64,000 nt of DNA from Laetmonice hystrix (taxonomy: Eukaryota), in assembly GCA_965235115.1 (NCBI GenBank), contig OZ249441.1:25420001-25484000 (forward strand). Reading direction: 5' to 3'. Every line of letters starts with the position of its first letter. Within the stretch, counting starts at the first letter, position 1. The notes beneath the pieces are model-generated. The model was not told the origin of the DNA, ran no database searches, and saw nothing but the letters and a program-made list of their open reading frames with translations. This document shows, piece after piece, positions 25,507-37,900 of this stretch. Both the position numbers and the translations under genes were made by a program.

Positions 25507-28500
25507 TGACGTGACGTCCCCCCCCCCCTGCTGCATGCGACCGACGGGTCATGCCCTAGAAACTCTTCAGTCTTTGCCGTATCTGGGTCAAATATACATT
25601 AGGCATGTCTATAATACATCATACCATGACTTTTATAGGTCAACTTCTTCTTCTTCTCATTTTTATTGCTTATGACATGAAGCAAAAAGGTCTCCATGAC
25701 AACAAGATGTTGGACATAATATGGTTTAAGACTGGGGAATCAAATCAATGCAGTCATGTTTATCTAGGATATAGAACACTTTGTAGCAGAGTTTTTGGAA
25801 TAGATTGACCAGACTCCCAGCTGGATTCAAGTTTGGATAGAGAGAATTCTCTCTGTGAGAAGTCTGTAATAGGGTCAGATCTCCGAGATGGTTGCCCATC
25901 CTAGCCAATAGCATGCACTCGAGCCACAACTGTGCGTGAAAATGCTCGAGTCAAGTTTCCTTTGTTTGCTTTAGCGTACGAGTGCTCTTTCTCTCGCCCT
26001 GTGCATCCCAGGAACAAACAAAAGCCCACTCAATCCAAGTATTTGCCCAACTCTTGTTAGCAGTCCATGGAGTGTGTGCATTTGTGTGTGCAAATTAAGC
26101 CTAATCCTTCGATTAAACACCCTGAGTCGATTCAACTGCTTCACCGGCTACAATTCCATCACACTGGGAGCAAGAACGTGCGATGCGAATGGTGAAATCG
26201 ACCGGAAGAGAGCAACTTTAATTCCTCAACCAGTTTTAAGACGTGCCAGAGAAACATGTATTTTTTTTCACTCAGTCAGCAGATTATGGGCCCTCAGCGT
26301 GGTCCTAAGGAAATTGGTGAGCTTTTTTCCTGGCTAAATTGGCTGCAGCAATTTAAGGGGCTTAGGGGAAGACAGTGAGGATGCGGCACCAAGTTGGCGG
26401 GGAAAGTCCCCAGAGGATCGAACCCACAGATAATACTTGTTGTCTTAACTGCTGCAAGACAACCACAAAACATTAACAAGGGTGCTAATTGAAATTGCAA
26501 ATGATGAAAAAATGCATCTTCTTCCCCCATGGTGAGTGTTTCTTCATTAAGTAACAAGAGTGATTTTAGGCCATAGCATTATTCATATTAATATCGCTAC
26601 TAATCCACTGATGATATAGGTTTTTCGATCAAAGTATGCATGGTAAGATATGGTATTATTTTGTAATCAACCTAATGCAGTTTAAAAGTGGCCTACGTCT
26701 GACAACGTCTAGGTTTATGACCACTATCTTGCCGTATACTTGGGCGTTGATTGAAGTCTGATTTCTAAAAATATGATACATCATAATTATAGGAAATGGA
26801 GTGTAGAAGTTAATTTTTAGGGGAGGGAGATATATGCTGTGGATGTCAAGGTTTTATTTGGTAGAAAGCCTCAGCTAGTTTCGGGACCAAGCAGCAGGGC
26901 GCAGCAATAGATTCTGGATACTAAGTAGTATATGAAAAGTGGGATATTCTGATGGCACCATTCGGTCGGCCAGCGAGCCCGAGGCTATAGCTGGCCTAGT
27001 GATGGCAGCTGTAACGCTCAGTGCAGCGCCGACAGACGTAGCGTTTTAAAATAGAAACGCTGTGCAGTCAGAGATCTCCTTGACCAGCTGCCTATCCCGT
27101 GTTGTTTGTTGGCCAGCGCTCGCTCGAGCCTGCAGCCGGGGCGGCCGTATGGGGGTATGTGCGTGTGACAGCGGCACGTTAACACTGCCCAATTAGGCCA
27201 CAATTCATACTGGGCTAATTGATGCTCAATGGCGGCAGGATCGTCAGCGGCGTGGGTTTGTTCGATCTGATCTCCCAATCCTTACAGCTGTCGGTGTGTG
27301 GTTGGGTATGGATGTGTGAGGGGCTGGCAGTGGTGGGACCCTACAGTAGATGACGTTCATAGACTAGTACCATGACACTGGCCTGGTTGGCGTCCAAGCC
27401 GGGCCGTGTGTGATTGCCCCTTGGCCCTGTCCACACTGCATAATATACGCCATGGATCTATACTACGAATATCGTACTAGGCCTGTGATGCACAGGGCAC
27501 ACACCATTGAATCGTTCGGATGTCTGAACGAAATCTCCATCTCAGTAGATCTGCATGGTCCTATACCCCTTGTCGTAAATACACACTGATGTATGACACA
27601 CAATGATCAATGTGTGTGCCTTCATGGTCAATGTACTTCTTGATTACATTCAGACGCAACAAATCCGGATTATCATTTTTATTTGCTGAAAGACTGAATG
27701 ACAATGAATCTGATTTGTGCATACTATCAGTAAGTGATACACACCATTCGCCTGGATCCAGTATTACAACATGCATGGTGTAGGTTTCAAGGCACTTTTT
27801 AGCACTGCTTGTTTCAAAACAAAAACATTACATCACTCGAAAAATATCCTCTCGTGCTTTCCACATGAGTATAGTTCCTTACAGGACCCCAAAGTGTTTC
27901 GTTGTTATTTTGTGTAGAAATAAACCTACCGTCTTATTTCTCTTGGCTGTCAGATCTAGGTAGGGTTGTCATCGCAACGGATATATGCAAAAAGGGCGGC
28001 GCTGCAGACATGCAGGGCCTACGCCACAGTGGTCACTATGGTGGTATCGACCAGAACAGTTCCCGGCCCGACCGGCAGATCGATACTGGATGTGAAACAA
28101 TACAGGCAAGGGTCTGACGGCGGTGCGTCAAACCGAGTTCTTATTTACCGTGTCAGTATCCTCGCATGCCGCCATTACACTGCCTACCCCGAGCTCTGGT
28201 TGCCTGCCCGTAGGTTTCCTGTATTTAATCAAAGAAAATGCCACTTGTTTCCTGATAATCGTTGTCGCTGGCCCAGTAGCTTGATTATTCTTGCCAGGGT
28301 TCTAATTGATGATACATATTACCAGCGACCCAGGAAGACAAGGTTTAGGGGGGGTCATATTTAATGTGCCGAGTAAACAGCTTTAATTTCCTTCTCTGAA
28401 CATCAAATAAATTGTGTGCCGTATGCTGCAGCCCTGTGGAGGACCATCCTTTCATCGTGCACTCAGTGCTCCCTCGCTACAATGAGATTCATAGTTTATT

Positions 28501-30095
28501 CAATCTGGCTTGTGTCATTCTTTATCAGGTCTCTCTTATTGGAATGTTTTCAGATGAGCTCTAATTTCTGCGTCTTCTCAAGAAAATGACGTGATTCCGT
28601 CCAACTAGCTCCACATTGATGGATTTTCTTATCTTGCAAGCTGTGCATTTTTACCCACAACAACTTTAATGTTGCATTTTCTTTATCTCACTAGAGATGA
28701 GATGTCATTTCCTGCCTGTGTCTTTCTGTGTATGAAACATTAGATTTTATATGGTAGAAAACACACAAAGAAGCACCATTTAAAAAGATCTGTATCCAAT
28801 GAAACCGGTTTTTTTTCTCCTTTATGTACATTTTTTTAAAGAACTTCGATGCGGCTTTCACTCCATCTACTGTTAGAGCAGCAGTGAAGGTTTCCATAAC
28901 CATGCTGTGGCAAAAGATGTTTTGATTCGCTTTGAATGATTTTAATGATAGGATTCCATGGAAGCCTTCCGAATGTCTGTCAGGCAGGGCGTGAGGACAG
29001 CCGTCGACTGGCCGTCTCAGTCTGGTCGGACCAGTATGAAGCTCGGCCGGCTGGGAGGGCCACACAGACAGCGGGCAGCGCCCAGGGCGGGGGCATTGTC
29101 CCTGAGCCTCCCCTCGTGTGCCACAGAAACGAGATTGTCACTGACAGACAACTGTGAAATGGGCGCTTTAAATGTTTCTATAAAGACGCTACAAATGTGG
29201 TGTATACTTTGTAATCGAATCACCGAAACCTGATACCACAATTATGTTCCTCAGTCTAGCAAGAAAGGCAAAGCTTGCCTCGAGCCCCTCCGTCAAGGTG
29301 TTCCCGCTGTGCCGTCTCAATGGCCCAAGGAAAACAGAAATTAAATCTGCCTGTCCGATTTACTGATAGAGCACCCGCAATTAGCTGCCATTTAAATTGT
29401 ATACACATCCTAAATGAGTTTGATTGAGAGCAGTTGAAGGAAATAGTCGTGTTTTGAGATTGCTTAGTTAGTTTCTGGTGCGTACTTTAAGAAGAGGACG
29501 GGCCGTAGCAATGAATGCAAAGCGACATGAGTAGATACCCCACTTTAAAATTTCTTATAGTTGCTGCCAATATCAGACACCTCTCCTGTCAGGTTCCCGC
29601 TGCTACATTCAACTCATCGAGGCTGACATATTCTGAAGACAATTTCAGCTAATGATTTGTCAATCACCGGAGCCTGTGCTGAGAGGGCCAACCCCGCCGG
29701 GAGTTCTCTTCGGGAGGAATAGATGGCCGGAGGTCGGGGGAAGATACATGCAGCAAAAATGGATTTTAGGGGTTCCATTTACAGTAGATTTCACTGGCAT
29801 GTTGGCATGGCCTGGCTATCAGGTTAATTGTGTGTGGGCCTGTGTTGGTGCTGAAATGACAGCTGACATGCAAGGCTGCCTTTGAGGGTTCGTCTCGACA
29901 GACTGGCATAAATACACCCTTTCCTAGTCACTCCGCAGTCGGGATGCATTTCACAGCAGCAGTACAGAGTGCAGAATATTCATCCAACTCCAAAGTGCCT
30001 CCAATAATTGGAGAAAATTGGTGGTAAAATTGCCACCAAAAATTGTTGAGGATATATCGATGGTAAGATTTGTGTCATGAGGAGAGTGATACTGT

Positions 30096-30180
30096 GGAGG
30101 AGGATCAGGAGGAGGAGGAGGAGGAGGGGGGAGCAGGAGCAGGAGGAGGAGGAGGAGGAGGAGGAGGAGGAGGAGGCAGG
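30096..30180. repeat. Interrupted (GGA)n purine tract
   Basis: Read directly; it produces the poly-E/poly-G ORFs at 30070-30348. Confidence 0.9.
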
Positions 30181-33022
30181 GATCGGCCTCCTGACGAGGG
30201 CAGTCGTGACATGGTTTCAGACTGGGCCGTCTCCCGAGCCTTTAATGTCCGGCTGGCCTCCTACCACTTGTCTTCAGTGCTCCAGCAGATTTATGGTATC
30301 ATAATATGGATAGAATGCCAGCAAATATTCGTTATTGGTTGTGGATAGCTGCCAGAAAGCCCAGGAAGGTGGGTAAGCTAAGGCTGATGAGCGGCGCGCT
30401 CGGGTCTTGGCACGCAACGGGGGCGCGCGGGGCGAGCGGCGGGGAAATCAGGAGCAGGCCCCGCTTCCCGCCGGCTAACCGCGAGAGGCACGCACGGTCG
30501 GTGGTACTGGAGACCACATAGAGGCAGGCCTCGCCTCCTGGACCACGGCTGGAGGAGGAGGGGGCGAGGAGGAGGGGGGGGGGGATTGACAGGGATAGAC
30601 AAGGCTAGCACCAGCAACAAAACACGTGAAATAGACATGGGATGACATCTCCCATAACTTTCATGATAAGCACCTCCAGTGTGCATTATGGCTCTATACG
30701 CAATGAAGGCTTAAAACATTGTCAGAATATAGCAAGAATATAGAAGATATACAGCAAGGCATTTTTATGTGGTGAAACAGCTAGTATTTGAGGTTATCAA
30801 TAGAAAATGTGTGTCATATATTATATATGAGTATAGCCTCACCAATTAGGTGATTGTTGAGACTATTACTCGCAATTATCGAAAAAATGAATGACCGGTA
30901 ATAAGAGGATAATCATCGTAATGAATATTCTGTTTGCAATATATTAACATCAATATAGTGATGTCTATAGCAAGCATAGTATTTATATCCTCTTAATAGT
31001 GTATATATGTCGAGCAACAATAGATGAATACCCAAGTAATGCTACAGGGGGTGGGGGTGGGGGGTGGGGGTGGAAAATGAAGTGCTGGGATGGTGGGGTC
31101 TTTTTCACATTATTATATCCCCGTCTTTCCTTCTGGATATGTGCTTCCTTATATTACTCTGAGCCAGTGGATAAAGGTTGTGGCCAGTTGTACAAGGTCG
31201 TTACGCCACTGGTCGTCCAACACTAACTCCACGTGTGAACAGACAATATACATCGAACTCCACATTGAATTAGACACCACTCCCCATGCACTGAGGCAAA
31301 GACAAAGTGTCGAAACTCCACACGTGGCAGACAATATTTGTCGAACCACATGTGGGCAGCCAGGCATGTTAAGGAGGATGCGCGGCAGGTTGACATTACG
31401 TTAAGTTCCACATAAGAAGTTCTAATCGTCTGATAGTTATTTGAAGTATACGATCCGTTCTTTTATTGTTGGAAATATGACTTTACCTTCTGGTGCACGA
31501 TTTCTTTTTGTACATTTCATGATTTCCAATGTTTTTCATGTACAGTTCATTTTGAACTCTACTGGTTGTCCTCGCCATATATATAGTTGAAACGTCAGGC
31601 TGTATGATAGCAAGATGCTCAATATGAGTAGCATATATCTTTAGAACAAGATGTAAGACGCAGAAATAGGCAATGGTTTCCTATATGCAAGCCTTTTACA
31701 GGTAGACAGGGACTGCCATATGAACGAAACATGAAAATAACTCCCAGTAATTGTATTTTTTAATTTGTTCATAGAGTGCAATTAAGAGAAGGTGTAGTTA
31801 AGTGAGGAATGAGAGCATGGAAGAGACGATGGTAGAAGGCATTTGTTATCCGGCTGTGATGGTAGGTCGAGATACATGTAATTGGGCGACATGGACACAG
31901 CATCAGTCGGAAGGAGAGACAGTATCTGACAGGGAGAGCATATGTCAAGGATGTCTCGCCCTCCCTCACCGAGCAGAATAACAGCGAGCTGTTCGCTGAG
32001 CCAACCCCAGGTACTCTAGATGGTGGGACCGCCGTAATATAGTGAGAGAAAAAAAAACAGAAACACGGGTTTCATAGTGCACCATATGTGCTGTGGCCAC
32101 GGCTGCGAGCAGATAGTCTATTGTTCTTTTCCTGCCGATGGTGTCTGCACAAAGACGGATCTGTGAACCACCCGAAAGGGACAACACAAGCGTCCATAGC
32201 GACATTATAAGGGGCTATTGTGTGGATTCCTGGCCTACTTACAAATGGAATTTGTTGAACCATTGCCACTGCCAGAAAACCAGCCTTCATTTAATATACC
32301 CCTATCATCCACAGCGTCGAGAGACCAAACCAAACTACACCCTCATTGTTCGTCGACCAAGGTAGCAGGCCTAAAAACAAAAGGTTTCCATATAGTCAAA
32401 TGACAGCGGTTGAACAGGAAAATAAATAGACTCCCTAGTACTTCCACAGCCAGGATCACACTACCTGTCGTCTCTGTATGCTGCTGGTCGGATTAGGGAA
32501 TCAGAAAACAAAAAGGGAGTCTTGTTTTTCTACGATGTCATTTAGGACTTGAGTATCATGGTCAGTCAGGAACCAACATGTCACAGGGCCATGCTGTCAG
32601 TGATAGCGGATGTTTATACCGGTATTTCTCGGGATGCAATAGGTCTACCTTTGGGCCATTTGTCAGACTACGGTGAATAAGGACAAGACATGTGGAAGTA
32701 TGGCTTTGTCTGCCTCAACCTTCCCGGCAATCCATCACCTGACGTATGGAGTCCGGTTAAAAAAGAAAGCAAGGAGATTATTTTTGCCGTATTACTATCA
32801 GTCCATAAAACCAGAAGAGATAGAGATGGTATCAGGTTGGCAGGGAATTGTTAGTTACGGTGACTGTCAGGCGGTAGTACATTTTGACGGTTATCCTGCA
32901 GAGAATTATGTTCTGGTTCCTGATTGAGGTCGTTGTTCATCAGGACTAACATCACTTCTCACCGGACGGGGAACTTCCCTCACCGCTGTCTCTGGTCACA
33001 AGCAACTTTTGTGAGGTTCTCA

Positions 33023-33068
33023 CAATCATCGAAGTCCACAAAACATGTTTTGTAGAGTTCGATGATTG
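33023..33068. repeat. 46-bp near-perfect spacerless palindrome
   Basis: In CAATCATCGAAGTCCACAAAACA|TGTTTTGTAGAGTTCGATGATTG, 21 of 23 positions pair around the central ACATGT. Confidence 0.9.
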
Positions 33069-33800
33069 CCCTACCGGTGCACATATTTCTGTGTCACAAA
33101 TTGGGAAGATTCCAATAGAGGTTACACCGAGTATGTTGCACTTTTGCCATGTCCTTTGGTTCCAGCCTCGCGCTGCTTTATCCCTCGCACCAACCACTAG
33201 CCAATCGACATAGTTTCACGTAGAACGGGCGGAAGAGAAAAGAAAGGACGGTGTCAGTGGCTGGAATTTACCCACCCAATCCTGTAGTAGACAGGTGCCG
33301 GCTATTGTACTGGAGCCCACTCTTAGTTCAACAGGAAATCTGGTAAAGTTATTTGTTTTTACGGTGCGCATAAAATACTAAGGGTTAACCATTGTTCTTA
33401 GTTGGCATTGGCACGGGGAACCTCTGGTTGTGCCAGCACTAAGCATAACGCTGGCTGACTTGTGCTGTCATGTTGAAAGCCAAGCCCCTGCCCCATGTAC
33501 GCTACCTGCCAACTATCGAAGCAAGAATATCCAAAGGAGACCTTCACCAAAACATGATACCCCCCTGTGTAAAATAATTCGAATCGTATTTCAAAAGCAC
33601 CACAGATGAGCAGTCTGATTGGTAGGACAATGGTAATGTTATTTTTATCAGTTCATCGCCATGGAAAGAAAGTTGTATCTGTTTGTGAATCGATGGAGAG
33701 ATTAATTTGTTGTTCGCCAGACCTGATTAGGAGCTGAGGGTATAGAGAGTTGTGAAGGAGGATAGGGGTGGCTCAGTGACGGTGGGAGGAGTGGGGGTGG

Positions 33801-34016
33801 GATCAGTGACTTCTGTCGGGGGGGGGGTGTAGTTCGGTTGGGGGAGATCAATATATTTTGATGGGGTTTGATGGGGCGATGGGGAGGAGATACCTGAGTA
33901 AGTGAGGGGGATTGGTCAGTGAGTTCTGATTGGGTGTGTGTGTGAGGGTGATGGGGAGAGAGGGTATGGTCAGTATATTCTGACAGGGGGTAGGGCTGTG
34001 ATCAGTGAGTTCTGAT
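33801..34016 (+). repeat. Degenerate G-rich repeat with alternating CAGTGAGTTCTGA-like and CAGTATATTCTGA-like cores
   Basis: Cores start at 33801 (A), 33846 (B), 33914 (A), 33968 (B) and 34000 (A), separated by G-rich spacers of variable length. Confidence 0.6.
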
Positions 34017-34925
34017 AGGAAGGGGCGGGGGGGGGGGGTAGCTGAGTGAGGGTGTTGACGGGTGGTGTGTATGTAGGGGGGGGGGGGTAGTTGGGCCTAG
34101 AGTGATAGTGACACAGCAAGACCAGTATTCCCCCTCTCTGCACGGATGAAGCGCTCGATCAGAGGGCAGCTCTTAGCGGAGACACTGACGGCATAAATGG
34201 TACACGACACAGGCATTCCGATTTTACAGACCACGATAAAATAGTCAGAGACACAAATAGCACGAGTAATAAGAGAACAACAAAACCAACCAACAGAATG
34301 TTATGCTAATGAAACAGAGGGGAAACACGGTAATCAGAAAATGTTTCGGTAATGCGAGAACCGCGGAGGTGGAAACAGGAAAACATTGGACTGATGTAAA
34401 CATTACGACCATGAGAATCAAGAGGTGTACTCTAGTATACGTCTGAAAGCGGGTCCGGGGTAGGTTGATTGGCACACATTGATGGGAGCTGGCAGCCTTT
34501 GAAGCTTCATCAGGGCAGATGGAATACACGAGGTATGCAAATGTGACAGCGGGATAAAGTGGACGATTGATAGTAGGCCGCGCTTGCGGTGACAGGTCAG
34601 CAATTATGAATCATAGTGAGAGAACCGGTAGGACTGTCCCCCCTGCCCCCCCCCGACCCCCCCCCCGACCCCCTTGGCCTGCGCGGCTGCCAGTGACCGT
34701 TGATGTATACTACTGACCAGAAAACTACGTCACCGCTACTTACGCCGTGCACGCAGCGGTGAGCCCAGCCAAAACAGAAGTCTTCCTGGGGTTACTGGGT
34801 ACTTTGCGAAATTAAAAGTAATTTCTGTGTAGGGGTCACAGTGAGGAGACTGCCGTAGGTCAGAGTGTATGGCTTGCGGTGGGGCGGCTGAAAATACGGA
34901 GTAACTACAGGTTCATGGGGTGACT

Positions 34926-34938
34926 GTTGCCTGGCAAC
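34926..34938. promoter_or_regulatory. RFX X-box, perfect palindrome
   Basis: GTTGCC-T-GGCAAC fits GTNRCC(N0-3)RGYAAC with both halves at consensus. Confidence 0.45.
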
Positions 34939-37900
34939 ATGTGTCATCATTTTGTGATTGTAGGGGGCAGGATGAGTGGGGTCCACTATAATGATCGTCA
35001 AGTGACGGGCTGATGTCCTTTTACATATGTCACAACACCCTAATAACCTCCTCACCTGTCTACTACCAGTTGCAGCTGGGCATCTCCAGGAAAGAATCCA
35101 GCTAGTGTTTTCAGACACAACATGAAGTAACATAATAACCTTCCAATTGTCGACATAATCTAAGTCAGCGCCCAGCTATAGCATTGTTGAATGGAAAGGT
35201 TTGTTATGTAAAAGAGTCGACTGTGGTGAGAATACTTTTTTCTGCCCTGAAGGAATAAACGGCTCCAAGTATTGTCATCACACATGTCAGTGGGATTTCT
35301 GAGAAACAGTAGTGCAATGGAGAAACGTTTGCAGTGACATGCTTTAAAAAAGTTGGAGCCCATTACAAGGAGAAAATATCTCCTTAAGAATTCTTCCATT
35401 GTTTATGTAATTGTTTGTTCTCTTGCCCATGGCCATCTCGCAGCAGGCCATGAATTATTGAAAAACTATGATTGCATTTTTCATTCTGTCGTTACACAAT
35501 ACCATTTCTGTGACAGGTTGGCTTACGTCTTGAGTATAGTCCGTGTACTGTAGCCAGAGAAATATTTACAAACTGAGCAGGCTCAGGTCACAGATGTTGT
35601 GCCTGTTTGTATATAGGGGAGGCCGTAATGAACTGGTAGTGTAGGTTATTCCCCCATGGTGACATTTCCATGGAATTGGGAGTTAGGGTTAGAAGGCAGG
35701 ACTAGGGAGAGGGATCATAAATCTACGGCAAGGTCTGGGGATCGCGACATGGGGAAAGCATTGTATTTGCGGCAAGTTGTAAGTTTGAAATTCTTATCTC
35801 CAAATTCCATGGAGAAGTTACTATGAGGTATACACAACGTTGTGGAGCGAGAGACAATTACCGAGTTGATGTTTGAGACGGGCGGCACGAGTGGGTGATC
35901 GCGGCGAGAAGACGTCGATGGTCGTTGTTGTCGTCCTGGGCCCAGCCACACTGAGTGTCGTCTCACCGAGGCCATCGCCCTAATGGTCGGCCCAGCACCA
36001 CCCCTGTCAGCCCACACTTGTGTCGTCAGCTCGAGGTGTTGGAGAGGTGTGACTCGGGGGGTTAGCAGCTGCCACAGCAGGCAGGTCGTCCCCCTCAAAC
36101 TCGCATGACATGGCGTGCCCAAATATGACGGGGCCCTGCCCCAAATGTGTGACAGGATAGACCTCAGAGCCCGGCCTGACATGCAACTATCAACTCGGCA
36201 CACACCGTAGCCGAGAAACAAAGCGCTCGAAAATTGCCCCATTGTAGAAACTAGGCCAACAAAAGGTAATTAAGTCTTTAAAGACATGCACAAGACTTTT
36301 CATGCCTGTTGATAAGTCAGACTACAGTCATGCCAGATGAAAGACGGTCGTTGCTGCATCGTTACAGATACCGTTGCTCGCACAGCAAACAGCAAATCGA
36401 CAGTAGACATGCCAGCCTCTAGATTACCGATAGCATGACTGTCTGAGCCGGTCCAGCTCGGATACCGACTAGACACTGACACACTCTCCATTAGCCAGCG
36501 AATGCCTTCAGAGAATCTAATGGAAATATGACTCTCTTTATTTCAAAGAGGGCAGTGGCAAAGCCATATTTGGTATCTGGTCATTGACCTTTACGTATAT
36601 CGAAGGGGGACTCACACCAAACAGGGCTAGAGGTTAGAAGGTTTCTACGCCTCCAACTGATCGATTTCCTTTCTTCTTCTTCTTTTTTTACATTGCCCCC
36701 CCCCCTTTCTTTTACTTTTCTGGCCATCTGTTTGTGTGTGGGCAATGAGAATGATGTGGACGGGACAAGTGCCAGAATTATAGGGTGGTAATTATCATCA
36801 GACATTGTCTACCTCTGCGCACCCTAAAATAGTTGCGGAGGTTTATGACCGTTCTCGTGGTCTCCTACCTCAGAACATCCATTGTGTGTCTCCAGAGCCT
36901 TTAGAGTCAGTCAGTACACGACCTCCTCATGCCCTCACATCAAGACTTTTGCCCAGAATTAACTATTTTCCAAACACCATCGTGGAGGAGTTCTCAGCGC
37001 ATCCCCCGGACGGCATGGATGGTCAAAGCCAGCGGGACGATGCCACTCTGAAGGCAAAGGGATGGCTTCTTCGTGAGAACCTTCAATTTTCTGCTTCAGA
37101 GACCTGATAGACAAATAGATAGGCCCATCCTCGGTTGAGTCTGGGAACTAGAGGACAAAAGTTCCCACAGGTGCAGGACAATACAAGTCGTAACCCTCAA
37201 AAGAAAGTATATCGCTTCTCACCGTGGCCCGCGGGCATGGTGCGGTCGACGAATGCCATGGCGATCCTTTTCGGGGCAAATTTTAACGTATCTGCTTGTA
37301 AGAAGCCTTTGAAACAGCACCTTTTCATTAGGCATTCAAACATTGTTGTTGGCCATGTATACAGTAAAGATTGATCCAGGTTAGTTGCTCATGGGTACCT
37401 GGACATAAAATATAACGGTCAGTGTCAGGGGAGGGCATACGGTGGACTTTGGTCTGACCAGAATAGTTTCATAAGCCTTGATATCAGATACTAGCCAATA
37501 GTGTGTATCAAGTGAAGATACCGAATTGTCAAGTTGTGGCATGTTTGGAGCATGTCCGCCTTAGCTATCCCGGGTAATGGACTTCTCATGTTTCCTGTGA
37601 TAACCTTTACCTTGACTTTAGGACGAGGTCGCCACAACATGACGAACGCATGCTGCAGGATTCCACTGGACGATGAGCTGTTGGGTACCAAGGAGCTATT
37701 TCAGATGTTTACATGGGGGGGATCATTCATAATGTAATAATCAGGGTTCCAAGACATCTCAAGGAAGGGGACTGATTGGAAATAGTTTCAAAAGCTAATT
37801 GACCTTGGGCCACCTCGATAGGATCACCACAGGGATATCCCGACAGACAGCCTTTTAGGAATCTGAAACACTCATACAGCGTTTCTCTTTATAGGCCTCG

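Noticed and set aside
30070-30348. Poly-Glu/Gly ORF as a transcription-factor exon (likewise poly-Pro at 55632-55817 and poly-Ala at 9753-10148)
   Set aside because: These derive from simple repeats, and the flanking residues show no domain similarity.
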